DNA from: Mucisphaera calidilacus
GTDB lineage: Bacteria; Planctomycetota; Phycisphaerae; Phycisphaerales; Phycisphaeraceae
Direction of reading: 5' to 3'
Length of the DNA: 32,000 nt
Assembly: GCF_007748075.1 (NCBI RefSeq)
Contig: NZ_CP036280.1
Span: 2,370,001 to 2,402,000, forward strand
In this document: piece after piece, positions 19,459-28,596 of the stretch
Numbering within the stretch: the first letter of the stretch is position 1
Layout: each line of letters starts with the position of its first letter
Translations under genes and position numbers: made by a program
Notes under the pieces: model-generated
The model's input: the letters and a program-made list of their open reading frames with translations, nothing else
Database searches by the model: none
Told to the model about the DNA's origin: nothing

Positions 19459-19514
19459 GCCCTGAACGCCGATAGGATGGTTCTAAGACAACGCTCCTTC
19501 GCGGTGACAGGGCT

Positions 19515-20381
19515 GTGGACTACGACCTCGGAATCATCAACGTGCTTCGCCGGCTCATCGGTTACTTCCAGACCGAGCCGCTGCAGGTCGCCTTCGAACT
19601 CCTCGTCATCGCCTTCGTCGTCACCATGATCCTCCGGTTCCTACGCGGGACCCGCGGCGCTCGCGTCGTCAAGGGACTCGCCCTCGTCCTCGTCGTCGGA
19701 ACCGTCGGCATCCAGCTCCTCGCCGGCGAAGACTCCCTCAGCCGCCTCCGGCTCCTCTACGACTCCTTCCTCACCCTCGCCTCCGTCATGCTCGTCGTCG
19801 TCTTCGCACCCGAACTCCGCAGAGCCTTCATGCGCCTCGGCGAGGCCAGCTTCTTCACCCAGGGCGGCGTCCGACGCGCACGCGTCGTCGAGGAAATCGT
19901 CGCCGCCATCCAATACCTCTCACGCAACAAGATCGGTGCCCTCGTCGCCATCGAACGACAGGTCGGCCTACGCGGCATCGTCGAAGTCGGCACACGACTC
20001 GACGCCGAACTCAGCGCCTCACTCCTCAACACCATCTTCTGGCCCGGTTCCGCACTCCACGACCTGGGCGTCGTCATCCAGGGCGACCGCGTCATCGCCG
20101 CGGGCGTCCAGTTCCCGCTCTCAGAACGCGAAGACCTCCCCCGAGAACTCGGCTCGCGACACCGCGCCGCCATCGGACTCTCCGAAGAAGCCGACGCCCT
20201 CATCCTCGTCGTCTCCGAAGAAACCGGAACCATCTCCGTCGCCGAGCGTGGCGTCCTACGACGCAACCTCACCATCGACGACCTGCGACCCGAACTCAAT
20301 CATGCCTTCGGACAACTCACGCTCAGCGAGTCCGAACGCTCCACCACCACCACCGACACACCCCTCGCCGGTAAGGGCTGA
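19515..20381 (+). CDS. cdaA: Diadenylate cyclase CdaA/DacA (c-di-AMP synthase)
   Basis: 288 aa. It has N-terminal TM segments followed by a DAC domain: GALVAIERQVGL, ALHDLGVVIQGDRVIAAG, LGSRHRAAIGLSEEADALILVVSEETGTISVAE. The start is GTG. Confidence 0.9.
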   Translation: MDYDLGIINVLRRLIGYFQTEPLQVAFELLVIAFVVTMILRFLRGTRGARVVKGLALVLVVGTVGIQLLAGEDSLSRLRLLYDSFLTLASVMLVVVFAPELRRAFMRLGEASFFTQGGVRRARVVEEIVAAIQYLSRNKIGALVAIERQVGLRGIVEVGTRLDAELSASLLNTIFWPGSALHDLGVVIQGDRVIAAGVQFPLSEREDLPRELGSRHRAAIGLSEEADALILVVSEETGTISVAERGVLRRNLTIDDLRPELNHAFGQLTLSESERSTTTTDTPLAGKG

Positions 20382-20387
20382 GACGAC

Positions 20388-21392
20388 GTGCGCGAACGAC
20401 TCGAATCCATCCTGACCATCGCCGTCGTCTCCCTGCTCGTCTGGCTCTACGCCGAGAGCCGCGTCGTCACCCAGTACAACAACCTCCCCATCACCATCGC
20501 CTTCGAATCCCGTTCCGGCGCACCCATCAACTACGAGGGAACCGGACGCATCCAGGTCAGCTTCAAGGCCTCACCCTCCATCAAACGCGAGTTCGACCGC
20601 ATCGCCGAACAACCCGTCACCATCACCGTCGACGACACACTCCCCGACCTCCCCGACCTGCGAACCCTCGTCCTCGCCGAAACCCTCGACAACACCGACT
20701 TCGCCGAACTCGGTCTCGTCATCGAAGACACCAGCCCACCCACCGCACGCATCGAGATCATCCGCCGACGCAAACTCATCCTCCCCGTCCGGCTCGAAAC
20801 CGACGGCTTCCAGCTCACCGAACCCCCCGTCATCGAACCCGCCGAAGCCGAAATCACCCTCCCCGAATCCATCCAGCTCCCCGACAACACCTCCGCCCTC
20901 GTACGACTCTCCCTCGACGACATCGCCGGATTCGACACCGGGACCCAACGCGCCCAGAACGCGCCCATCATCATCCCCGCCGACGCCGAATCACCCTGGA
21001 CCACCATCCAGCCCGCCAACGCACGCATCACCTACACCGTCCGACAGACCCGCGACACCGTCGAACTCCCCACCGTCCCCGTCCGCATCAACATCCTCGT
21101 CAGCCTCGCCGATGACTTCACCCTCACCATCCCCGAGGCCGAACGCTTCATCCCCTCCATCCTTCTCATCGGCCCCGCCGACGCGCTCCAGCAGGTCCGC
21201 GATCAGCCCAACAGCGTCTGGGTCGAACTCCGACCCACCCGCGACCAGCTCGAAGCCGCCGCCGACGCCCAGCCCCCCACCCTCGAACTCACCCCCGTCC
21301 TCGTCGCCCCGCCGGGCGTCACCACCGAAGACGGCAGCCTCCCCGCCACCACGCTCGACATCGCACGACGCACCAACGCGGCACCACGCTGA
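20388..21392 (+). CDS. cdaR: CdaR-like (YbbR-domain type) putative regulator of CdaA
   Basis: 334 aa. It has a single N-terminal TM segment (ILTIAVVSLLVWLYA) followed by a repetitive beta-rich region. It starts 6 nt after the cdaA stop, the canonical CdaR position. The domain call rests on position and architecture, not on a specific motif. Confidence 0.6.
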   Translation: MRERLESILTIAVVSLLVWLYAESRVVTQYNNLPITIAFESRSGAPINYEGTGRIQVSFKASPSIKREFDRIAEQPVTITVDDTLPDLPDLRTLVLAETLDNTDFAELGLVIEDTSPPTARIEIIRRRKLILPVRLETDGFQLTEPPVIEPAEAEITLPESIQLPDNTSALVRLSLDDIAGFDTGTQRAQNAPIIIPADAESPWTTIQPANARITYTVRQTRDTVELPTVPVRINILVSLADDFTLTIPEAERFIPSILLIGPADALQQVRDQPNSVWVELRPTRDQLEAAADAQPPTLELTPVLVAPPGVTTEDGSLPATTLDIARRTNAAPR

Positions 21393-21450
21393 TCAAACCA
21401 CACCGCATCGACTAGAATCCGGTTCACCCCACCCCCTTCGAGCCAACCGG

Positions 21451-22731
21451 ATGACCCACACCAACACCATCAACGACCTCCAGGCCTACTGCGACGACCT
21501 CGGCAGACGAGCACTCAACGCCTCCCGTGCCCTCACACGATTCTCCGGCGCCGACCGAGACCACGCCCTCCACAACATCGCCGCCGCCATCCTCGACAAC
21601 CGACGCAAACTCCAGGCCGACAACGCCCTCGACCTCGACGCCGGCAGGGCCAACGGCCTCTCCAGCGCCATGCTCGACCGACTCGAACTCACCGACGCAC
21701 GCATCGACCTCATCGCCGAGTCCCTCCGGCAGGTCGCCGCACAACCCGACCCCATCGGACGCATCGAATCCGGCAAGGTCCTCCCCAACGGCATCCGGCT
21801 CCAGAAACGACGCGTGCCCATAGGCGTCGTCCTCATCATCTTCGAGTCACGACCCAACGTCACCTCCGACGCCGCCTCGCTCTGCCTCAAAGCAGGCAAC
21901 GCCGCCATCCTCCGAGGCGGCAAAGAAGCCGTCCATTCCAACACCGTCATCGCCGCCTGCGTCCGCGAAGGACTCCAGGCCGCCGGCCTCCCCACCGACG
22001 CCGTCCAGCTCGTCGAGACCACCGACCGAGCCGCCGTCGGACACCTCCTCCAGATGGAGGGCACCATCGACGTCTGCGTCCCCCGAGGCGGCGAGTCCCT
22101 CATCCGCGCCGTCGTCGAACAGGCACGCATCCCCGTCATCAAGCACTACACCGGAAACTGCCACGTCTACATCGACGCCTCCGCCGACCCCGACATGGCC
22201 GTCAGCATCGCCCACAACGCCAAGACCCACCGCACCGGTGTCTGCAACGCCGCCGAAACCCTCCTCGTCCACCAGGCCGCCGCAGACAACGGCACCCTCA
22301 AACGCATCGCCGACGACCTCCGCGAAGCAGGCGTCGAGATCCGCGCCGACGAGAAAGCCCGACAAACCCTCCCCGACCTCAAACCCGCCAGCGACGACGA
22401 CTGGGCCACCGAGTACCTCGACAAGATCATCGCCCTCCGCATCGTCGACTCCCTCGACCAGGCCATCGAACACATCAACCGCTACGGCTCGCGGCACACC
22501 GACGCCATCGTCACCACCAGCCTCGCCGACGCCGAACGCTTCGCCAACGAGGTCGACACCGCCAACGCCTTTGTCAACTGCTCCACACGATTCTCCGACG
22601 GCTTCCAGTACGGCCTCGGCGCCGAGATCGGCATCTCCACCGACAAGCTCCACGCACGCGGCCCCATGGGGGCCGACGACCTCACCACCTACAAATGGGT
22701 CGCCTACGGCGACGGACAGGTTCGACCATGA
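21451..22731 (+). CDS. proA: Gamma-glutamyl phosphate reductase
   Basis: This is the last 426 aa of the track ORF 21112..22731, starting at ATG 21451. It is ProA-like over its full length (VPIGVVLIIFESRPNVTSDAASLCLKAGNAAILRGGKEA, HYTGNCHVYID, CNAAETLLVH, GSRHTDAIVT, STRFSDGFQYGLGAEIGIST). Confidence 0.95.
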   Translation: MTHTNTINDLQAYCDDLGRRALNASRALTRFSGADRDHALHNIAAAILDNRRKLQADNALDLDAGRANGLSSAMLDRLELTDARIDLIAESLRQVAAQPDPIGRIESGKVLPNGIRLQKRRVPIGVVLIIFESRPNVTSDAASLCLKAGNAAILRGGKEAVHSNTVIAACVREGLQAAGLPTDAVQLVETTDRAAVGHLLQMEGTIDVCVPRGGESLIRAVVEQARIPVIKHYTGNCHVYIDASADPDMAVSIAHNAKTHRTGVCNAAETLLVHQAAADNGTLKRIADDLREAGVEIRADEKARQTLPDLKPASDDDWATEYLDKIIALRIVDSLDQAIEHINRYGSRHTDAIVTTSLADAERFANEVDTANAFVNCSTRFSDGFQYGLGAEIGISTDKLHARGPMGADDLTTYKWVAYGDGQVRP

Positions 22732-23354
22732 CACAGACCGCTTCCGGGCACCAACCCGAACTCGAAACCGACCTCGACCGCTACGCCCACACCCACTACC
22801 AGCTCCGCAAGAAAGTCTTCCGCGTCTTCGGCGACGACTTCCAGATCTTCGACGCCGACGGCGACCTCGCCTTCTACTCACGACTCAAAGCCTTCCGACT
22901 CCGCGAAGACATCCGTGTCTACGCCGACCCCGACAAGGAACGCGAACTCCTCGTCATCAAAGCGAGAACCTCCTTCGACTTCGGCACCGCCTACGACGTC
23001 ACCGACGCCGTCTCAGGCGAGTACGTAGGCGTCCTCCGACGCAAGGGCTTCTCCAGCATGTTCCGCGACGAGTGGGCCATCCTCGACACCGACGACAACG
23101 AACGCGGCACCATCCTCGAAGACTCCGCCACCCGCGCCATGGTCCGACGCATCCTCGACCTCAGCTTCCTCTGGCCGCAGGCCTTCCACGCCACCATAGG
23201 CGACGCCCCCGTCGCCCACTTCCAGCAACGCTTCAACCCCTTCGTCGCCAAGATCGACCTCGACTTCTCCGCCGACGAAGACATCCTCCTCGACCGACGC
23301 CTCGGCATCGCCGCAGCCATCCTCCTCTGCGCCATCGAGGGACGACAGGACTGA
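22728..23354 (+). CDS. LURP-one-related/YxjI-type (tubby-like, scramblase-fold) family protein
   Basis: I chose ATG 22728, which forms an ATGA overlap with the proA stop, giving 208 aa. The pattern YQLRKKVFRVFGDDFQIFDADGDLAFY, followed by repeated short beta-hairpin-like units and a C-terminal hydrophobic helix (LGIAAAILLCAI), resembles LOR/DUF567-scramblase-like proteins. The family call is from memory only. Confidence 0.55.
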   Translation: MTQTASGHQPELETDLDRYAHTHYQLRKKVFRVFGDDFQIFDADGDLAFYSRLKAFRLREDIRVYADPDKERELLVIKARTSFDFGTAYDVTDAVSGEYVGVLRRKGFSSMFRDEWAILDTDDNERGTILEDSATRAMVRRILDLSFLWPQAFHATIGDAPVAHFQQRFNPFVAKIDLDFSADEDILLDRRLGIAAAILLCAIEGRQD

Positions 23355-23362
23355 CCCACCCC

Positions 23363-24259
23363 ATGACCACACCCCCGCAACCACCCGACGACGACACAGG
23401 CCGACGATCATCCGCCGCCGGCAAACTCGCCGTCCTCGGCACACTCGCCCTCTTCATCATCGTCCCCGCCGTCACCATCACCAGCTTCCAGCTCATGCAG
23501 GCCAACTGGTCACCCACCGACCAGCTCCTCCGCGACCTCAAGCCCGAAGGCAACCAGCCCGCGTTCCTCAAAAAACTCGAGACCTGGACACAGACCGCCA
23601 CGCCCGTCCGACCCACCACACTCCGACGCGGACCCGTCTCCTCCGCACGCACCGACCAGATCTTCAAGAAACTCCCCTTCGACATCACCCCTGAAGAAGA
23701 AGCCCTCGTCCGAGCCACCGCACGCATCGCCCAGACCCCCTACCTCGAAGACCGCCAGCCCGACGACGACGACCGACAGGCGCTGCGCAACCTCATCGAT
23801 CAACAAGGCGAACACTTCTACCCCCGCTTCATCCTCGCCATGTGGGAACAGACACCCGACGCCGCCACTCAGGCACAAGCCGCCCTCGACAACAACACAC
23901 CCCCCGACGCCGAGTTCCTCAACCACTACGAATCCGCCTACAACCACGCACCCGCCATCATCCTCGACACCACACGCCGCCCCGCCGCGATGAGCCACCC
24001 GCCCCAGATCAACGTCCCCCCCATCGCCTTCGTCTTCGACCGCGTCCGCGACGACATCCCCGACACCACCCTCATCCTCTGGTTCCCACGGGCACCACGG
24101 TTCAGCCTCTTCCCCGTCGCCTACCCCGTCTACAAGTCCATCTTCCGCGTCCGTGACGCCGCCATCCCCGTCGATCAGGCCGACGTCATCGACCCCGAAC
24201 ACCCGCCCCAGTGGCTCGTCTTCCCGGGCGACATCGGCGCCCTCGACCGCAACGACTAA
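23363..24259 (+). CDS. Hypothetical N-terminally membrane-anchored protein
   Basis: This is the last 298 aa of the track ORF 22238..24259. ATG 23363 lies 8 nt after the preceding stop. It has one TM segment (LAVLGTLALFIIVPAVTITSF). C3 periodicity is clear. I recognise no family. Confidence 0.6.
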   Translation: MTTPPQPPDDDTGRRSSAAGKLAVLGTLALFIIVPAVTITSFQLMQANWSPTDQLLRDLKPEGNQPAFLKKLETWTQTATPVRPTTLRRGPVSSARTDQIFKKLPFDITPEEEALVRATARIAQTPYLEDRQPDDDDRQALRNLIDQQGEHFYPRFILAMWEQTPDAATQAQAALDNNTPPDAEFLNHYESAYNHAPAIILDTTRRPAAMSHPPQINVPPIAFVFDRVRDDIPDTTLILWFPRAPRFSLFPVAYPVYKSIFRVRDAAIPVDQADVIDPEHPPQWLVFPGDIGALDRND

Positions 24260-24355
24260 CCCCTCGGGTGGCACATTGCAGACCCATGATCGACAGAGAA
24301 TCGTCTGCTGTGTGGGACCCCCTCAACCACAACGAACCCGAAGCAACCGCGACGA

Positions 24356-25897
24356 CTAGTCCAGCGACATCGTCAACAGGAACTCCGCGTTCGTCGCCAC
24401 CTTCTTCAGACGACTCTTGAGCAGCTCCATCGCCTCGACAACATTCATGTCCGCCAGAACCTTCCGCAACCGGTAGACCAGCTTCAACTCGTTGTCGTCC
24501 ATCAGCAGCTCTTCACGACGCGTGCCCGACGCCGCAATGTCGATCGCCGGGTAAACACGCTTCTCGACCAGCCGGCGATCCAGGTGCAGCTCCGAGTTAC
24601 CCGTCCCCTTGAACTCCTCGAAGATGATGTCGTCCATCTTCGAACCCGTGTCCACCAGCGCCGTCGCCAGGATCGTCAGCGAACCACCATGCTCGATCGC
24701 ACGGGCCGAACCAAAAAACTTCTTCGGCCGCTGCAACGCATTCGAGTCCAGACCGCCCGTCAGGATCTTGCCCGAGTGCGGCATCTCCGCGTTGTACGCG
24801 CGAGCCATACGCGTGATCGAGTCCATCAGAATCACCACATGCTCGCCATACTCAACCATCCGACGAGCCTTCTCCATCACCATCTCGCAAACCTGAACGT
24901 GACGCGTCGTGTTCTCGTCAAACGTCGACGCGATCACCTCAACGTCCTTAGGCGTGTTGTTCCGGAAGTCCGTCACCTCCTCCGGACGCTCGTCGATCAA
25001 CAACACAAATACATTCACCTCGGGGAAGTTCTTGATGATCGAGTTCGCCATCTTCTGCAGCAACACCGTCTTGCCCGTTCGCGGCGGAGCCACGATCAAC
25101 CCGCGCTGACCACGACCCACAGGCGACACCAGGTCCACGATCCGCATCTCGATGTTGTCCGGATCGCTAGGCGTCTCCATCACCAGACGCTCGAACGGGT
25201 GCAGAGGCGTCAAATCCTCATAAGGCACAATGTCGTTCAGCTTGTCAGGCGACTGACCGTTGATCGCGTCCACACGCAGCAACGCAAAATACCGCTCCGA
25301 CTCCTTCGGCGGACGAATCGTCCCCTGAACCACGTGACCCACCTTCAAACCGAAACGACGGATCTGCGACGGACTCACATAAATGTCGTCCGGGCACGCA
25401 AGGTAGGAGTACTCCGGGCTGCGGAGGAAACCAAAACCATCCGGCAGAATCTCCAGCACGCCCTCGCCATACATCAGACCCTGGTTCGAAATCTTCTTCC
25501 GGAGAATCTCAAAAATCAGCTCCTGACGCGTCAGCTTCGACTGATTCTCGATCGACTCCTCCTTGGCCATCTCGTGCAGCTCCTCAGGCGACAACGCCTG
25601 GAGATCAGCCACCGTGATGTCCGATCGCTTGGCGTCGTCATACCGAGCCTGCGTCTCCGCCTCCAGAAGCTCGTCCGTCTTGTGCCCCTCAGGACCCTGC
25701 GGGTGCTCCATCTTCTTCTTGGGCTTGCGACCGCCGCCACCACCGCCGCCGCTGCCGCCCTCGCCCGAACCCGACTTCTTCTTGCTGCGCCGGGCCGTTC
25801 GCTTCTTACGCTGACCCCCGCTCTGACCCGAAGTCTTTGGCGCCGTCGCGTCTTCCTGTACCGAATCCTGATCCTCGACCGGAGCGTCCTTAGCCAT
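24356..25897 (-). CDS. rho: Transcription termination factor Rho with a ~90-aa N-terminal low-complexity extension
   Basis: 513 aa. It is colinear with E. coli Rho from about residue 94 ([73 protein letters not shown]). ATG is preceded by GAGGA with a 9-nt spacer. Confidence 0.95.
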   Translation of the reverse strand: MAKDAPVEDQDSVQEDATAPKTSGQSGGQRKKRTARRSKKKSGSGEGGSGGGGGGGRKPKKKMEHPQGPEGHKTDELLEAETQARYDDAKRSDITVADLQALSPEELHEMAKEESIENQSKLTRQELIFEILRKKISNQGLMYGEGVLEILPDGFGFLRSPEYSYLACPDDIYVSPSQIRRFGLKVGHVVQGTIRPPKESERYFALLRVDAINGQSPDKLNDIVPYEDLTPLHPFERLVMETPSDPDNIEMRIVDLVSPVGRGQRGLIVAPPRTGKTVLLQKMANSIIKNFPEVNVFVLLIDERPEEVTDFRNNTPKDVEVIASTFDENTTRHVQVCEMVMEKARRMVEYGEHVVILMDSITRMARAYNAEMPHSGKILTGGLDSNALQRPKKFFGSARAIEHGGSLTILATALVDTGSKMDDIIFEEFKGTGNSELHLDRRLVEKRVYPAIDIAASGTRREELLMDDNELKLVYRLRKVLADMNVVEAMELLKSRLKKVATNAEFLLTMSLD

Positions 25898-25948
25898 CTG
25901 TATGAGTCCTCGAAACGGGGCGACCCGCGCACCCGATGGTGAAGTGTC

Positions 25949-25979
25949 AAAAAAAGGGGAAAAACGACCGGAACGGCCG
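25949..25979 (-). terminator. Candidate weak intrinsic terminator/attenuator between coaE and rho
   Basis: The minus strand reads CGGCCGTTCCGGTCG, a 5-bp stem with one G-U pair and a 5-nt loop. It is followed directly by TTTTTCCCCTTTTTTT. It lies about 75 nt after the coaE stop and about 50 nt before the rho ATG. The stem is short, so this call is tentative. Confidence 0.3.
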
Positions 25980-26053
25980 CCAGAGGTAAGCGATCATGCC
26001 CTCAACTCAGGGACACAACCCATTTAACCGGATCCTGAACGACATCTCAGTCG

Positions 26054-26707
26054 TTATTCGCTGGAGCAGCTCGAAAGGATCTGGGAGAGAACGCGGCGTG
26101 ATTGGACCCGGCAGTGCTCGGGATCCGCGTCGTTGACAATCACATAATCGGCACGTTCCCTCTTGATGTCAAGCCCGATCTGAGCACCCTCCCGCAGAGC
26201 CAACTCCGCCGCCGACCACCCACGCGTCCGATAAACCCGTTCCTCCCGCACCGATCGCGGAGCATCCACGAAAACCAGCACATCACACTCCCCATCCAAC
26301 CCCGTCTCCAGCAGCAGCGGACAGTCCTCCACGATCGCCACCACACCCGGATCACCCACATACCCCGACCGCAGCCGCGCCCGCTCCGCATGCACCCTCG
26401 GATGAATCAAACCCTCCAGCCGCCGACGCGACGCCTCATCCCCGAACACCACCGCACCCACAGCACCCCGGTCCACACGACCCTCCCCATCCACCACACC
26501 CTCACCCAGCCACGACCGCAACACCGCCACCACCTCCGGATGCTCCAGCGCCTCCCGCGCCAACACATCCGCATCAATCACCGCACACCCCTCCCCCGTC
26601 AACGCCCGCGCTACCTCGCTCTTGCCCGAGCCCGGCGCACCCATCAGGCCGATCACCGGCTGACTGCCGCGAAACCGACCGCTTGTAAGTCCGTCACTGC
26701 CTGTCAT
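26054..26707 (-). CDS. coaE: Dephospho-CoA kinase
   Basis: 217 aa. It has IGLMGAPGSGKSEVA (P-loop) followed by VIDADVLARE, typical of CoaE. Confidence 0.88.
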   Translation of the reverse strand: MTGSDGLTSGRFRGSQPVIGLMGAPGSGKSEVARALTGEGCAVIDADVLAREALEHPEVVAVLRSWLGEGVVDGEGRVDRGAVGAVVFGDEASRRRLEGLIHPRVHAERARLRSGYVGDPGVVAIVEDCPLLLETGLDGECDVLVFVDAPRSVREERVYRTRGWSAAELALREGAQIGLDIKRERADYVIVNDADPEHCRVQSRRVLSQILSSCSSE

Positions 26708-26851
26708 CGAATCACCAATTCTTGGGAGAGTTAATAATGTTAATTTTTGTTGCCTTGGGGTATTTCACCCAGCTATCGCCGCGCAACACGTGCAACAGGC
26801 TACCCGTATCTGGAGTTAAACAAGTTTTTGCCATATTTCCTGCACCCTGCA

Positions 26852-26879
26852 TAAAAGCCGTTAGGCACTAACCCGATCC
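26852..26879 (+). promoter_or_regulatory. Candidate sigma-28 (FliA)-like promoter upstream of MCP gene 1
   Basis: TAAA (26852-26855), a 16-nt spacer and CCCGATCC (26872-26879) compare with the consensus TAAA-N15-GCCGATAA. It lies about 50 nt upstream of ATG 26931 in an AT-rich intergenic region. The match is partial. Confidence 0.3.
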
Positions 26880-26930
26880 GTAATACCATCACCAGAGCCA
26901 CTCGGCTTGTTACTCCAGGGAGGTCCGACC

Positions 26931-28562
26931 ATGTCATTGAACTTTTCCGTCGCCACAAAACTCTACCTTAGTTTCGCCGCCATGATCGCCGCGACCCTCA
27001 TCATGGCCACCGCCGCATGGTGGTCACAGAAACAGGTCGTCGCCGCCGAACATACCGGCACACACCTGGCTGAGGTTGGCCACCTTCTGCTCGAACGCGA
27101 AATTGACCACCTCACCTGGCTCGATACCCTCAACTCCATCATCCTCACGGGGGACACCGCTATCGAGCTCGAACTCGACGACAAACAGTGCGCGCTGGGC
27201 AAATGGATGCATGGCGAAGGAGGAGCCAATCTCGCCGCTCTCGACAGCCAATGCGCAGCCATCCTCCAGGAAATGGATGCGCCCCACCAAGCCTTGCACG
27301 CTGGTGGCTCGACAGTCCTGCAATTCCTCAACGAAACCAGCGATCGCGACAACGCAACCACGGCCGCTGCCAGCCTTCGCGACCAGCACGTCCTGCCGCC
27401 ACTCCTCGCCGTCCGCGACAAACTCGACGGCCTCAACACACGACTCTCCGAACTCTCCGCCGCCGCGAAGATTGACCTGCAAACAGCACTCGCCAACCAG
27501 ACCACCACCAACCTCATCGTCGTCTCGCTCGCCCTCGTCGTCGCCATCGCCTCCGCCTACCTCCTCAGCACCAGCATCGTCACACGCATCCGCGACTACG
27601 GACTCATCTTCCAGAAAGTCGCCCAGGGCGACCTCACCCAACGCGTCAAGGTCTCAGGCAGCGACGAGATCGCTCGACTCGGCAAAGACTTCAACGACCT
27701 CGGCACCAACCTCCAGAAACTCATCGGCGAAGTCCACGAGACCAGCCGAGACGTCGCCGACGCCTCAACCCAGATCGCCGGCGCCAGCCAGCAGATCTCC
27801 TCAGGCGTCAGCAACCAGAACGAACAGGCCGGCCAGATCTCCGCCGCCACCGAAGAAATGTCCGCCTCCATCCTCGAAGTCGCTCAGAAAGCCGGCGAGG
27901 CCTCCTCCGCCGCCACCGAGTCAGGCGAGATCGCCTCCAGCGGACGATCCATCGTCGACGACATGACCCACGCCATGGAGCAGATCCGCGACGCCGTCTC
28001 CAACGGCTCCCAGTCCGTCGCCACACTCGGTCAACGAGGCGAACAGATCGGCGAGATCATCTCCGTCATCAACGACATCGCCGACCAGACCAACCTCCTC
28101 GCACTCAACGCCGCCATCGAGGCCGCCCGCGCAGGCGAGCATGGCAGAGGGTTCGCCGTCGTCGCCGACGAAGTCCGCAAACTCGCCGACCGAACCACCA
28201 ACGCCACCGAGGAAATCGAGGAATCCATCCGCGCCATCCAGAACGAGACCGAGGTCGCCGTCAGCCGCATGAACGACGGCAACGAACGCGTCGGCACAGG
28301 CGTCGAACAGGCAGGTCAGGCCGGATCCAGCCTCGAACAGATCGTCACCAGCGCCCAGAACGTCGCCGGCATGATCCAGTCCATCGCCGCCGCCGCCGAA
28401 CAACAGTCCGTCGCCAGCACGCAGGTCTCGCGCAGCATCGAGTCCATCACCGCGACCGGCCAGGAATCCTCCGAAGCCGCACGCCACACCTCCGAACTCG
28501 CCAACACACTCGCCGACCGATCCGAGACCCTCAAAAACCTCATCGAACGCTTCAAGGTCTGA
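26931..28562 (+). CDS. Methyl-accepting chemotaxis protein with a CZB-motif sensor region between TM1 and TM2
   Basis: I chose ATG 26931, with GGGAGG 8 nt upstream, giving 543 aa. Order of elements: TM1 ([21 protein letters not shown]), a ~150-aa region, TM2 ([18 protein letters not shown]), a HAMP-like segment, then the MCP signalling domain with the hairpin tip [38 protein letters not shown]. Confidence 0.9.
   Translation: MSLNFSVATKLYLSFAAMIAATLIMATAAWWSQKQVVAAEHTGTHLAEVGHLLLEREIDHLTWLDTLNSIILTGDTAIELELDDKQCALGKWMHGEGGANLAALDSQCAAILQEMDAPHQALHAGGSTVLQFLNETSDRDNATTAAASLRDQHVLPPLLAVRDKLDGLNTRLSELSAAAKIDLQTALANQTTTNLIVVSLALVVAIASAYLLSTSIVTRIRDYGLIFQKVAQGDLTQRVKVSGSDEIARLGKDFNDLGTNLQKLIGEVHETSRDVADASTQIAGASQQISSGVSNQNEQAGQISAATEEMSASILEVAQKAGEASSAATESGEIASSGRSIVDDMTHAMEQIRDAVSNGSQSVATLGQRGEQIGEIISVINDIADQTNLLALNAAIEAARAGEHGRGFAVVADEVRKLADRTTNATEEIEESIRAIQNETEVAVSRMNDGNERVGTGVEQAGQAGSSLEQIVTSAQNVAGMIQSIAAAAEQQSVASTQVSRSIESITATGQESSEAARHTSELANTLADRSETLKNLIERFKV
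28035..28217 (+). repeat. Copy 1 of a 183-nt near-identical segment shared by the two MCP genes (signalling hairpin tip)
   Basis: Hand alignment with 31001..31183 at a constant offset of 2966 nt gives 13 mismatches in 183 nt. This includes a 50-nt exact run (28152..28201). Confidence 0.85.
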
Positions 28563-28596
28563 TCGCAAACACCAACCAGATAGCTCCTCTCGTCGG

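Noticed and set aside
21419-21450. Inverted repeat CCGGTT-N20-AACCGG abutting the proA start codon, as a possible translational control hairpin.
   Set aside because: It has only a 6-bp stem with a 20-nt C-rich loop. That is too weak to call without folding energies or conservation.
22695-22727. Longer start (ATG 22695, MGRLRRRTGST...) for the LOR-like gene.
   Set aside because: It would overlap proA by 37 nt. ATG 22728 forms the ATGA stop/start overlap seen at other junctions in this window, and the extra residues are Arg-rich shadow-like sequence.
24279-24309. Inverted repeat GCAGAC-N19-GTCTGC between the convergent hypothetical gene and rho, as a bidirectional terminator.
   Set aside because: The stem is short, the loop is large, and there is no flanking T- or A-tract on either side.
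26708-26930. Sigma-54 type (GG-N10-GC) promoter in the AT-rich region upstream of MCP 1.
   Set aside because: The candidate elements (CTGGAG...TTTTTGCC and TTGGGAG...GTTGCC) have GG-to-GC spacing far longer than the required 10 nt.
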